NCBI GenBank assembly: GCA_016839705.1
Contig: JAEOTR010000017.1
Coordinates: 55,396-119,395 of the forward strand
From: Promethearchaeota archaeon
GTDB lineage: Archaea > Asgardarchaeota > Lokiarchaeia > Sigyniarchaeales > SOKP01
Length of the DNA stretch: 64,000 nt
Reading direction: 5' to 3'
The number at the start of each line of letters is the position of its first letter. Positions within the stretch are counted from its first letter, which is position 1. Of this stretch, positions 30,222 through 39,047 are shown one piece after another. The position numbers were made by a program, and so were the translations under genes. The notes below the pieces were generated by a model. The model made no database searches and was not told where the DNA came from. It was given only the letters and a program-made list of their open reading frames with translations.

Positions 30222-31529
30222 TTAAATGTGATACACCTCTCCCGTTTCAGGAGCTACTGAATTGTAATTTTTAGAAGTTAATTCACTTGCTAAACTAGTT
30301 GTTGATTTATTATCTCCATGGATACAGAAAATGTCCTTATTTGATTTCCTTTCAAAATTCAATTTTTGAATATAACTATGTATATTTTCGTTATCAGAAT
30401 GACTTGAGAAGTCAAAATACTTATAATCACACAATGCTTCGATATGTAAATCCACAGATTTATTTCGATTTCTTTTCAATTCTTTAAATTCAAAAAAACC
30501 ATTATCTATTAATGCTCTTCCCGGTGACCCTTCAACTTGATACCCTACCAGATAAACTGCCGATGTGGTATCAGTTAATATCGATGGGATATAGTCAAGA
30601 GCAGCACCCCCTTTTAACATACCAGATGGTGATATTATTACCCCATTAGATTGTTTAGCATTATGTCTTATTTTCCGTGTTGATACAAACTGTGCTTTTC
30701 GTATAGCTCTTCTAAATAATTTAATATTTCTTATGAAATCAGGGAAATCTAAATATATTGTGGAAATTTTTCTGGCTAAACCGTCAATAAATATTTTTCC
30801 TTTAAAATTATATTTCTCTAATATTAGTAATGCTTCCTGGGAACGGGCAACACCAAACGCAGGTATTAATACTGTACCTCCATTATCTATGATATTTGTA
30901 ATTTTCTCTACAAATTCTATCTCAAGCTGTTCTCGAGGAGGATGCTTCCTAAGGGCATAGGTGGATTCCATAATTAAGGCATCAATTTCAGGGATTTCGG
31001 TTGGATTTGCAGGATTAATCAAATTAGTTGTTTGAGTATTTATATCTCCTGTATATAGAATCTTTTTGTTATCTACTTCAAGCAAAATAGAGACACTTCC
31101 TGGAATGTGACCCGCATCCATAAAAGTTATATAAAAATCATCCTCTATTCTCTGACGTGTTTTATTTTTAAGAAAATATGAATTTTGTCGTAAATAATCT
31201 AATTCCCTATATCCAAAAGGATAGGGATAATTTGAGATCTTTATCATATCCCTAATTAAAACTTCTGCTATCGCAAGGGATATTGAATTTGTAAAGAAAG
31301 GAACTGTTTCAGTCTTGTATAAAAAAGGTAATCCCCCTGAATGATCGATATGACTATGAGTTAATGCTATAGCCTTAAGATTATTGATGTGAGCTTTGTG
31401 TGGTAATCTATCTTCTCCATTAAATCCTATACCATAATCTAAAATGCATTGAGCTCCACTCTTCGATTCTACTAATATTCCAGAACGTCCTATTTCCCTA
31501 CAACTTCCTAAGAATGAGATCTTAACCAT
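30222..31529 (-). CDS. MBL-fold beta-CASP ribonuclease
   Basis: THSHIDH, AGHIPGS, YTGD, ESTY, FSSHSD; ATG 31529 preferred. Confidence 0.9.
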   Translation of the reverse strand: MVKISFLGSCREIGRSGILVESKSGAQCILDYGIGFNGEDRLPHKAHINNLKAIALTHSHIDHSGGLPFLYKTETVPFFTNSISLAIAEVLIRDMIKISNYPYPFGYRELDYLRQNSYFLKNKTRQRIEDDFYITFMDAGHIPGSVSILLEVDNKKILYTGDINTQTTNLINPANPTEIPEIDALIMESTYALRKHPPREQLEIEFVEKITNIIDNGGTVLIPAFGVARSQEALLILEKYNFKGKIFIDGLARKISTIYLDFPDFIRNIKLFRRAIRKAQFVSTRKIRHNAKQSNGVIISPSGMLKGGAALDYIPSILTDTTSAVYLVGYQVEGSPGRALIDNGFFEFKELKRNRNKSVDLHIEALCDYKYFDFSSHSDNENIHSYIQKLNFERKSNKDIFCIHGDNKSTTSLASELTSKNYNSVAPETGEVYHI

Positions 31530-31681
31530 AATAGCTTTAAAAATTATAAAATATCTTAATTTTAAAAACAATTAAATGAATATCAATTTTTTTATAAAAT
31601 TTCAATTGTTGATTTAATTCTTTAAATTTACACGGTTTATTTTTGTATTTAGGTAAAAAAAGGTTAGGTGAAAAAGAGAAG

Positions 31682-32431
31682 TTATTTTATTTTAGTTATA
31701 GTTTTTGTCAATAAGGCGATTACATTATTTACATTTTTACCAAAAATTTCTAGAATTTCTTCCCATGTAACCGGTTCTTCATCTTCTTTCCAACAGTCAT
31801 AATCTGTGGACATTGCAATCGCAGCATAGGGGATGCCAGCTTCATTCGCTAAAATTGTTTCGGGAGTTATACTCATATTTATCACGTCTGCACCCCATAT
31901 TCTAAACATTTTTGATTCAGCTCGAGTAGAAAATCTTGGACCTTCAATAGTAACCACTGTTCCTGTTTTATGATACTTAAGACTTAATTCGTTTGCAGTT
32001 TCAATAAGAATTTCTCTTAATTCTTTAGAATAAGGATCTGCCATTGGAGTATGTTTCATATCCCCAGGAGCAAATTCTTCAAAAAAAGATATTTTTCGGA
32101 ATCGAGTAAAATCTATAAACTGATCAAGGATAACGAGATCGCCTCTTTCGATCTCTTCTCTTAAACTTCCACATGCTGTTGTTGCAAGAATATGGGAACA
32201 CCCTTGATCTTTTAATGCTTGTATATTAGCTCTATAATTTATTTGCGTTGGGGGGATTGTATGCTCTCTTCCATGCCTAGCTAAGAGGATAACCTCAACA
32301 TCATTAATCTTTCCTAGTTTTAAAGGAGAACTAGGCTTTCCATAAGGAGTGTCAACTGCTATATCTTTAGCATCCTTTAAAATTTCCGGATCATCCAATC
32401 CAGAGCCACCAATAATACCTATTTTAACCAT
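31682..32431 (-). CDS. mtnP: S-methyl-5'-thioadenosine phosphorylase
   Basis: [33 protein letters not shown]. Confidence 0.93.
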   Translation of the reverse strand: MVKIGIIGGSGLDDPEILKDAKDIAVDTPYGKPSSPLKLGKINDVEVILLARHGREHTIPPTQINYRANIQALKDQGCSHILATTACGSLREEIERGDLVILDQFIDFTRFRKISFFEEFAPGDMKHTPMADPYSKELREILIETANELSLKYHKTGTVVTIEGPRFSTRAESKMFRIWGADVINMSITPETILANEAGIPYAAIAMSTDYDCWKEDEEPVTWEEILEIFGKNVNNVIALLTKTITKIK

Positions 32432-32584
32432 AACTATTCAACAATTTAGAGTTTTTAACTTATAAAATTTAAAATTTAATAAATTATTTTTTAAAAAACA
32501 TACCCAATACTGCTAAATATTAAAAAGTTTTAACTTAATATTGATTAGTGCAAAATATATCTCTAAATTTTAATTGATGGTTTT

Positions 32585-33583
32585 ATGAAAAAAAACAAAG
32601 TGCTCGTACTTGGATCATTGGCTTTTGACTATATTATGAGTTTTAAAGAGAATTTCATTAATGCTGTGTCGATCGACCATGATAAAGAAGAATATCAAAG
32701 TACTGTCACTGCTGATAGTCGTCATAAATTTTTTGGTGGAACCGCTGGTAATATTGCTTATAATCTAGGATTACTCAATATAGCAGAAGTTTCTCTGTTT
32801 GGATCTGTTGGAAACGATTTTGAAACATTGGGATATAAAGACCATATCAAAAAGTTTAGAAATATAAACCTTAAAGTCGATAAGTACGATGAACTTTTCA
32901 CTGCAGCTTGTTACATCGTGAATGATATTAAATCTAATCAAATGATTATTTTTCATGGTGGAGCTTTAGATAGGTGTACAGATATCGACTTAACTGCAAA
33001 AATCTCAAATCCAGAAGAGTTCATTTACGCAATAAATTCAACACAAAGTGTAGAAGCTATGACGAATTTTACTATTCAATTAAATAAATTAAATATTCCC
33101 TCGATATTTGATCCTGGCCAAGTTACACCTCTTTTCCAGAGAAAAAATCTAAATGATATTCTAAAAAAATCAAATATTTTGATAGGGAATAATCATGAGA
33201 TAAAACAAATTAAAAATAAATCAGGATTATCTGAAGAAACTATACTTGAATATGTTAAAGCAATTATTACTACAAAAGGATCTGAGGGTTCGGAGTTAAC
33301 CTATAAAGATCAAAATAAAACAATATATAAAACACAAATTCCTATTGCAACCCCTATAAAAGTTGAAGATACTACTGGGGCGGGAGATGGATATCGGGCA
33401 GGAATACTCACAGGTTTAGTGCTTAATATGACATTGTTAGATTCCTGTAGATTAGGTGCTATTATTGGCTCATTTGTAGTTGAAACTATAGGAGCTCAAA
33501 CACAAAATTTTAATGTTGAGCAAGTTAGAAAGAGGTTTTTTACTACATTTGGTTATACTCCTACTGAATTGGAAAATGTATAA
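32585..33583 (+). CDS. PfkB-family nucleoside (adenosine) kinase
   Basis: GSLAFD, GGTAGNIAY, FDPGQ, DTTGAGDGYRAG; flanked by purine salvage genes. Confidence 0.85.
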   Translation: MKKNKVLVLGSLAFDYIMSFKENFINAVSIDHDKEEYQSTVTADSRHKFFGGTAGNIAYNLGLLNIAEVSLFGSVGNDFETLGYKDHIKKFRNINLKVDKYDELFTAACYIVNDIKSNQMIIFHGGALDRCTDIDLTAKISNPEEFIYAINSTQSVEAMTNFTIQLNKLNIPSIFDPGQVTPLFQRKNLNDILKKSNILIGNNHEIKQIKNKSGLSEETILEYVKAIITTKGSEGSELTYKDQNKTIYKTQIPIATPIKVEDTTGAGDGYRAGILTGLVLNMTLLDSCRLGAIIGSFVVETIGAQTQNFNVEQVRKRFFTTFGYTPTELENV

Positions 33584-33629
33584 AAAAAAAGGAAGTTCTA
33601 TTAATTGGTTTTTTAAGTATAAATAATCT

Positions 33630-34157
33630 TTATTCTTCAACAGGAATTTTAATTAGGGAAAGAACATTATAGCCGTCTAATTTATCTCTTCCGTGTAAAC
33701 TTCCTGTTAATTCTATTACAAAAGCAACACCGTTAACTACTCCCCCTGCTTTTTCAACCAAAGTACATGCCGCTTTTGCTGTACCACCAGTTGCTAATAA
33801 ATCATCAAAAACTAATACTTTTTCTCCTTTTTCAATTGCATCTTTATGCATTTCAATGGTGTCTGTACCATATTCTAGTTCATAAGTTTCACTCAACGTC
33901 TCAGCAGGTAATTTTCCAGGTTTTCTAATTAAAACAAATCCTGCCCCTAATTTGTATGCGATTACTCCCCCCCAAATATACCCTCTTGCTTCAATTGCTG
34001 TAACTTTAGATATCCCCCTATCTTTAAACTGATTTATTATATTGTCGCAAGATTCTTTAAATGGTGCATGAATCTTAGCTAAAGTGGTAATATCTTTAAA
34101 TTGAATTCCTTTAATTGGAAAATCAGGAACATTACGTATATATTTTAAAAGATCCAT
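33630..34157 (-). CDS. apt: Adenine phosphoribosyltransferase
   Basis: PDFP..GIQFKDIT, EARG, RKPGKLP, YELEYG, DDLLATGGT. Confidence 0.96.
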   Translation of the reverse strand: MDLLKYIRNVPDFPIKGIQFKDITTLAKIHAPFKESCDNIINQFKDRGISKVTAIEARGYIWGGVIAYKLGAGFVLIRKPGKLPAETLSETYELEYGTDTIEMHKDAIEKGEKVLVFDDLLATGGTAKAACTLVEKAGGVVNGVAFVIELTGSLHGRDKLDGYNVLSLIKIPVEE

Positions 34158-34408
34158 TTTTTTCTTAAACCTTTAAATTTTTTTTTTTTGTATATTTTCA
34201 TTTAAATTATACTAAATTAAAAATTATGTTTAATTGAATTAAATCATCATTAGATCTTTTTACTCATATACTAAATTCTCTTTTTAAGAATTAGAAAAAA
34301 TTAAATAAAGAAAAAATTATAAAGATTATATAAAATCAATTAATTTAATAGAAAATAATATTAAATTATTAATCTCTTAATTAAAATCCAAAACTAACAC
34401 ACACAACG

Positions 34409-35365
34409 ATGAAAGTTCTTCTATTTGGACCTGCAGGTGCAGGTAAAACAAGTTTGATGAGGACAACTTGCTTAGGATATAACTTTATGAAAGTTCTTAA
34501 TTTAAAACCAACCAAGGGTGTTTCTAGAGAAAATTTCATTTTCCGAGGCATCTTAGAACTTTCTCTATGGGATTTAGGCGGGCAAGAAAGATATATAGAG
34601 CGTTACTTTTCAGAATCTCAACGTGAATTGATATTTTCAGAGGTAACAACAGCTGTTTTTATGGTTGATTCTGCAGTTGTAGAGGAGAGTGTTCGTGAGA
34701 TCTTCGATAACTTCTTAAAATATTTATTTGAATTTTCCCCAAAAATCGATCGTGCATACGTGTTGTTAAACAAGATTGATTTGCATGATTCAAATGAAGA
34801 CAAATATTATGAAATTTTATCTAAAGGATTAAATGGGAACTATAAAGATAAAATTTCATTTACACCTGTTTCTGTAAAGGAAGGGAGTGCCCAACATAGA
34901 CTAATTGAGATTTTAGATTTTGAAATCCAAAAGAATACTCTATCAATGCAACGTTTAGGAAAGATTCGACATCTATTAGATGAATTGAAAATTTATACTT
35001 TATCTGAATATATTCTATTTAATCAACCCGATGGTTTAATAATTGCTTCTACTTTTGGTAAATTCGAATCAAAACCTTTACAATTTATGAAATTTGAGAT
35101 TGGAACTTTAGATTCTAATATATACAGCATTTATCAGCAAATTATGGAGTTCCAGAATGTAACCAACCTTTCACCTTTAACTCTATCCACTGTTGTTTAT
35201 GAATCAGAGGAATGTTGGATATTGGTGAAAGAAATCATTAATGGTGCAGTTTTAATGGCAGTGACAAGAAATAAACAACCTGAAGTGTTTTCCAGCGTAA
35301 TGAATGCTCTTACGGGGGAAATTTTTGAAAATTTAAAGATCTATTTAAAATCTTCTGAGATTTAG
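34409..35365 (+). CDS. Rag/Gtr-like GTPase with C-terminal roadblock-like domain
   Basis: KVLLFGPAGAGKTS, LWDLGGQERYIERYF.SQRELIF, LNKID; C-terminal DGLIIAS...CWILVKE...AVLMAV. Confidence 0.85.
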   Translation: MKVLLFGPAGAGKTSLMRTTCLGYNFMKVLNLKPTKGVSRENFIFRGILELSLWDLGGQERYIERYFSESQRELIFSEVTTAVFMVDSAVVEESVREIFDNFLKYLFEFSPKIDRAYVLLNKIDLHDSNEDKYYEILSKGLNGNYKDKISFTPVSVKEGSAQHRLIEILDFEIQKNTLSMQRLGKIRHLLDELKIYTLSEYILFNQPDGLIIASTFGKFESKPLQFMKFEIGTLDSNIYSIYQQIMEFQNVTNLSPLTLSTVVYESEECWILVKEIINGAVLMAVTRNKQPEVFSSVMNALTGEIFENLKIYLKSSEI

Positions 35366-35418
35366 AAAAAAAAATAGAGATACAAAGAAAATTACTAATT
35401 TTCTCTTATATTTATTAA

Positions 35419-36255
35419 TTATTGTTCTTTATCATGAAGACCAATTTTAGTTAAGAAATGCTGTTTTGCATGATGAGGTCTTCTAACTACGGTATCATTA
35501 TATTTTTCAATTTCTCTAGCTTCATCACACATTAATGCTGCAGTTCTCATCATTTCATGGGCAGCAGCTAATAAAGGCATATACTCAGATCGCTCTTTCA
35601 ATTGAAAACAAGCTTTCCCTGTAACATTAGATACTGATGCTGCTAGTTCAAAAGCAGCAATAGCCTTAGCTTTTGCATAAGGATTAGAAAATTTAGCAGC
35701 TTCTGTTGCGATGTTCGAATCAATAAGAACTTGAGGTAATGTTGGTGATCTACCTTCGAGCATGTCAAGAATAACTTTATTTAATTCCTCAGCAATAACC
35801 TGAAGTGCTCCAGTGATCGCAAGAACCTTTAATAAATCGGAATTGAATATACTCATCTCAACTATGTCAAGAAAAGGTCTACGTGCCCCAATCATACTGT
35901 CACAATTTACCAAAAGATAACCCATGTTCTTTTCTTTTATTTCATCTACAGCCTTTTTAGCAGGAGCATCAGAAATTATAATTGTAGGAATACTACCCGC
36001 CATTTCTCGTGCAGATTTTGGTCCGGGCAAAGCGGCATTAGGACTTGACATTATTATCAATTCAGGTCCCCATTTTAACAAATCTTCCATCGTGTTAGTA
36101 CACATCTCTGGAGGGTGCATTTTTGCTCCTGAGGTAACTTCATGTACATTGATTCTAGTAGCTTCAGCGCGCTCATCCATTAAAAAAGCCAACAATAGTG
36201 ATGATCCTATAGTACCATTCTTCAAAATTCCAATCTTAAGTACTTTTTCGCTCAT
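35419..36255 (-). CDS. mtd: F420-dependent methylenetetrahydromethanopterin dehydrogenase
   Basis: DERA, SGAKM, SPNAALPGP, MIGARR.FLD..EM, NPYAKAKA, AAHEMMR. Confidence 0.95.
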   Translation of the reverse strand: MSEKVLKIGILKNGTIGSSLLLAFLMDERAEATRINVHEVTSGAKMHPPEMCTNTMEDLLKWGPELIIMSSPNAALPGPKSAREMAGSIPTIIISDAPAKKAVDEIKEKNMGYLLVNCDSMIGARRPFLDIVEMSIFNSDLLKVLAITGALQVIAEELNKVILDMLEGRSPTLPQVLIDSNIATEAAKFSNPYAKAKAIAAFELAASVSNVTGKACFQLKERSEYMPLLAAAHEMMRTAALMCDEAREIEKYNDTVVRRPHHAKQHFLTKIGLHDKEQ

Positions 36256-36426
36256 TTTATACAACTCTATTAAATATATTTGATTTAAAATTAAAGAATT
36301 AATACCTTACAATTTTTCAATGTTTTTATTTTTTTTTTAAAATTTTATATTAAATAGAACGCTATAAGTTAATACGAACTATAAAAATTTCTTATAAAAA
36401 TAACAATTGAAAGGAGTTAAATTAAA

Positions 36427-37338
36427 ATGGAATTAAATGGTGTAGAAATTGAAGACACATTCTGTGAAGCCTTTGGAGGATTCTTCACACGAATATTAAT
36501 AACAGCAAAAAATGAAAAATGGGCAAGAATAGCAGCACAGATCTCAACAGGATATGGAACCTCAACCATCCATTGTGATGCGGAAGCGGGAATAGATGTT
36601 TTAATCCCATCAGAAAAAACTCCAGATAACCGTCCAGGAATTGTTGTTATGTTCTTCAAAACGAAAAAAGATGAGATGAGCAATGTAGTTATGAATCGGT
36701 TAGGGCAATGTGTCCTGACCTGTCCTACAACTGCTTGTTTTGATGCATTAGGAGGTTCACTAGTTCCCGATAAAGAATTTGAAATAAAAATTGGGGCAAA
36801 TCTGAAGTTTTTCGGTGATGGATTTCAAGAAAAAATTGAAGGGAAATTCCCTTTTGAAGCATGGAAAATCCCTGTAATGGATGGTGAATTTGTAGTTCAA
36901 AGTGTGGCAAAAGTAGGGAAAGGAATTGCAGGAGGTAATTTCTTAATTATTGGAAGTGATCAAGATTCTACTTTAGAGGCAGCTGAGAAATCAATTGAAG
37001 CTATAAGCGATATTCCTAACGTAATCGCACCATTCCCTGGCGGGATAGCGCGTTCTGGGTCAAAAGTCGGCTCGAAATATAGTTTCCTTAATGCTAGTAC
37101 TAACGATCCTCTTTGTCCCACTTTAAGAGATAATATTGAAAATTCTGAATTAAGGGAAGGAGATAATTGTGTTTATGAGATTATTTTAGATGGAGCTTCT
37201 GAAGAATCAATAAAAGCCGCAATGAAATTAGGAATTGAAGCAGCAGTAAAAGTACCTGGAATAAATCGAATTTCAGCAGGGAACTATGGAGGAAAACTTG
37301 GTAAATTTCAATACAGTCTTCATGACGTTTTAAAATGA
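36427..37338 (+). CDS. ftr: Formylmethanofuran:tetrahydromethanopterin formyltransferase
   Basis: IEDTFCEAF, CDAEAG, GQCVLTCPTTA, FFGDG, SGSKVGSKY, SAGNYGGKLG. Confidence 0.96.
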   Translation: MELNGVEIEDTFCEAFGGFFTRILITAKNEKWARIAAQISTGYGTSTIHCDAEAGIDVLIPSEKTPDNRPGIVVMFFKTKKDEMSNVVMNRLGQCVLTCPTTACFDALGGSLVPDKEFEIKIGANLKFFGDGFQEKIEGKFPFEAWKIPVMDGEFVVQSVAKVGKGIAGGNFLIIGSDQDSTLEAAEKSIEAISDIPNVIAPFPGGIARSGSKVGSKYSFLNASTNDPLCPTLRDNIENSELREGDNCVYEIILDGASEESIKAAMKLGIEAAVKVPGINRISAGNYGGKLGKFQYSLHDVLK

Positions 37339-37367
37339 AAAATACGGAAAGACTCTATTAGTATTAT

Positions 37368-39041
37368 TTATAATTTTCTTTTTATTTTACGTTTTGGAGC
37401 GGGTTCTTTTTCTGGTTTTATATCTTCAACTTCTTTCTCTGGTATTTTTGTAACTGATTCCTTTTTTTGTTGCTTCTTTATTGAAGTTTTTTCTTTAGGA
37501 GGAGTAACTTTAGTTTCAGCGAATTTTGATTTATAGTGCCTATATGCAAGTCCAACACCAACGAGAATTCCGATAAACGCACCAATAATGAAAAGTACCC
37601 ACGGTAGAAAATTAGTAAGAATATCGGGGATAATCCTTATTGATTGAGGTGCAAAATCGTAATCACTAATAAGGCTAATAGTTGCCCCATCAGAATCAGT
37701 AACATAAATATACACATACCAGACCCCCGTTATTAATTCAGCAGTGCGAATGGTTATTTTTGTATTAATACCCGTATAAGCTTTACTAACATTATACCAT
37801 TCATCATTTTCATCTATAAGTGCTACTCTAATATATGCAACATTTTCTACATCAGAAACATTAAACGAAAAAGTTAAATCATTTCCATAGAAAATGGATA
37901 TTGCTTCATCCATTGATTTCCCGTTAATTTCATAGCTGTGAATTTCCGGAAAATTATTTTTTACTGTAATAAATTTAAGAAAAGAGCTGATACCACCATT
38001 CTGATCTTCTGCGTTAATGGTAATGCGATATTTTCCAGTTGGTCTCTCCGCAGGAACTGAAAATAATTTAGTGAAATTATTCTCACTATTAAAGTCGATA
38101 GATGTGGTAGTAACTAAATTACCTTCTGGATCTTCAATGGTCATGCTGACATCAATATCTTCTGAAGTATTCTCTAGATCTGTTACATTTAATGAAATTT
38201 CACATTCTTCAGTTCTAAATATGTTTGATGGAGATAATCTTATTGAAGAGGTGTCTATATTTGGATTTGAATTCAACACTTTAAATGGAAAATAGGCTGC
38301 GGCTATTTGTCCAGAAGTTTTATTCGTTATGTTAAGTTTAATATAAAAAGTTTGATCAACATAATCATGAAAACTTTCATTAGTAATTTTATAAGTAAAC
38401 TGAAAAAGATTATTTTCAAGGTTAAAAATATTTTGTTGTAATGATTCGATTGTACTATCAACAATAGTAAGATTCCATTCAAATTGAGAACTATAGTTGT
38501 CCCAAACACTTAAATCTGCATAAATATCATCCCCAATGTAATATTCAGAATTATTTGTAGTTAAATAATAACAAGGAATTGTTGTAAAATTAGTAAATGT
38601 TGTATGGGCATTCTGGAGATGATTAGAACTGTTATAAAGTAAGAAACTTACGTTTTGAAAGCCCAGAGGATCATTATATAGTGGTTTATATTCATAACGG
38701 TACTCATTAGGACCCCAGTATATCATATTATAATTGTTAGTTGAGCTGTTAGTAAAGGAAATTTGCAGAAGAACATAATCAACATCAGTATAGCTAAAAG
38801 TATTAAGTGTGAAATTAATAGATTGAAATAGTCGATAAACTGTTGTTGCATTCCTAGTTATAGCCGAATAAGCTATAGGTGGACCCGTAGCTAACTTTGG
38901 ATTGTTGGGTAATGATTGATCATCTTCACCTTTAATGTTTAAAGCGAGATTATTATTAAAATGAATTAACAGAATACCAAAAAAAGTACTCATAATAATA
39001 AAAAAGATTAAAATAGTGCTGAAGTATTTTCTAACTTTCAA
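37368..39041 (-). CDS. Predicted membrane-anchored surface glycoprotein with Ig/cadherin-like beta domains
   Basis: N-terminal signal anchor; beta-rich units (VTDLE, GKYRITINAED, VYVTDSDG); C-terminal TM and Lys/Glu/Pro-rich tail; many NxS/T sequons. Confidence 0.7.
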   Translation of the reverse strand: MKVRKYFSTILIFFIIMSTFFGILLIHFNNNLALNIKGEDDQSLPNNPKLATGPPIAYSAITRNATTVYRLFQSINFTLNTFSYTDVDYVLLQISFTNSSTNNYNMIYWGPNEYRYEYKPLYNDPLGFQNVSFLLYNSSNHLQNAHTTFTNFTTIPCYYLTTNNSEYYIGDDIYADLSVWDNYSSQFEWNLTIVDSTIESLQQNIFNLENNLFQFTYKITNESFHDYVDQTFYIKLNITNKTSGQIAAAYFPFKVLNSNPNIDTSSIRLSPSNIFRTEECEISLNVTDLENTSEDIDVSMTIEDPEGNLVTTTSIDFNSENNFTKLFSVPAERPTGKYRITINAEDQNGGISSFLKFITVKNNFPEIHSYEINGKSMDEAISIFYGNDLTFSFNVSDVENVAYIRVALIDENDEWYNVSKAYTGINTKITIRTAELITGVWYVYIYVTDSDGATISLISDYDFAPQSIRIIPDILTNFLPWVLFIIGAFIGILVGVGLAYRHYKSKFAETKVTPPKEKTSIKKQQKKESVTKIPEKEVEDIKPEKEPAPKRKIKRKL

Positions 39042-39047
39042 AAATTC

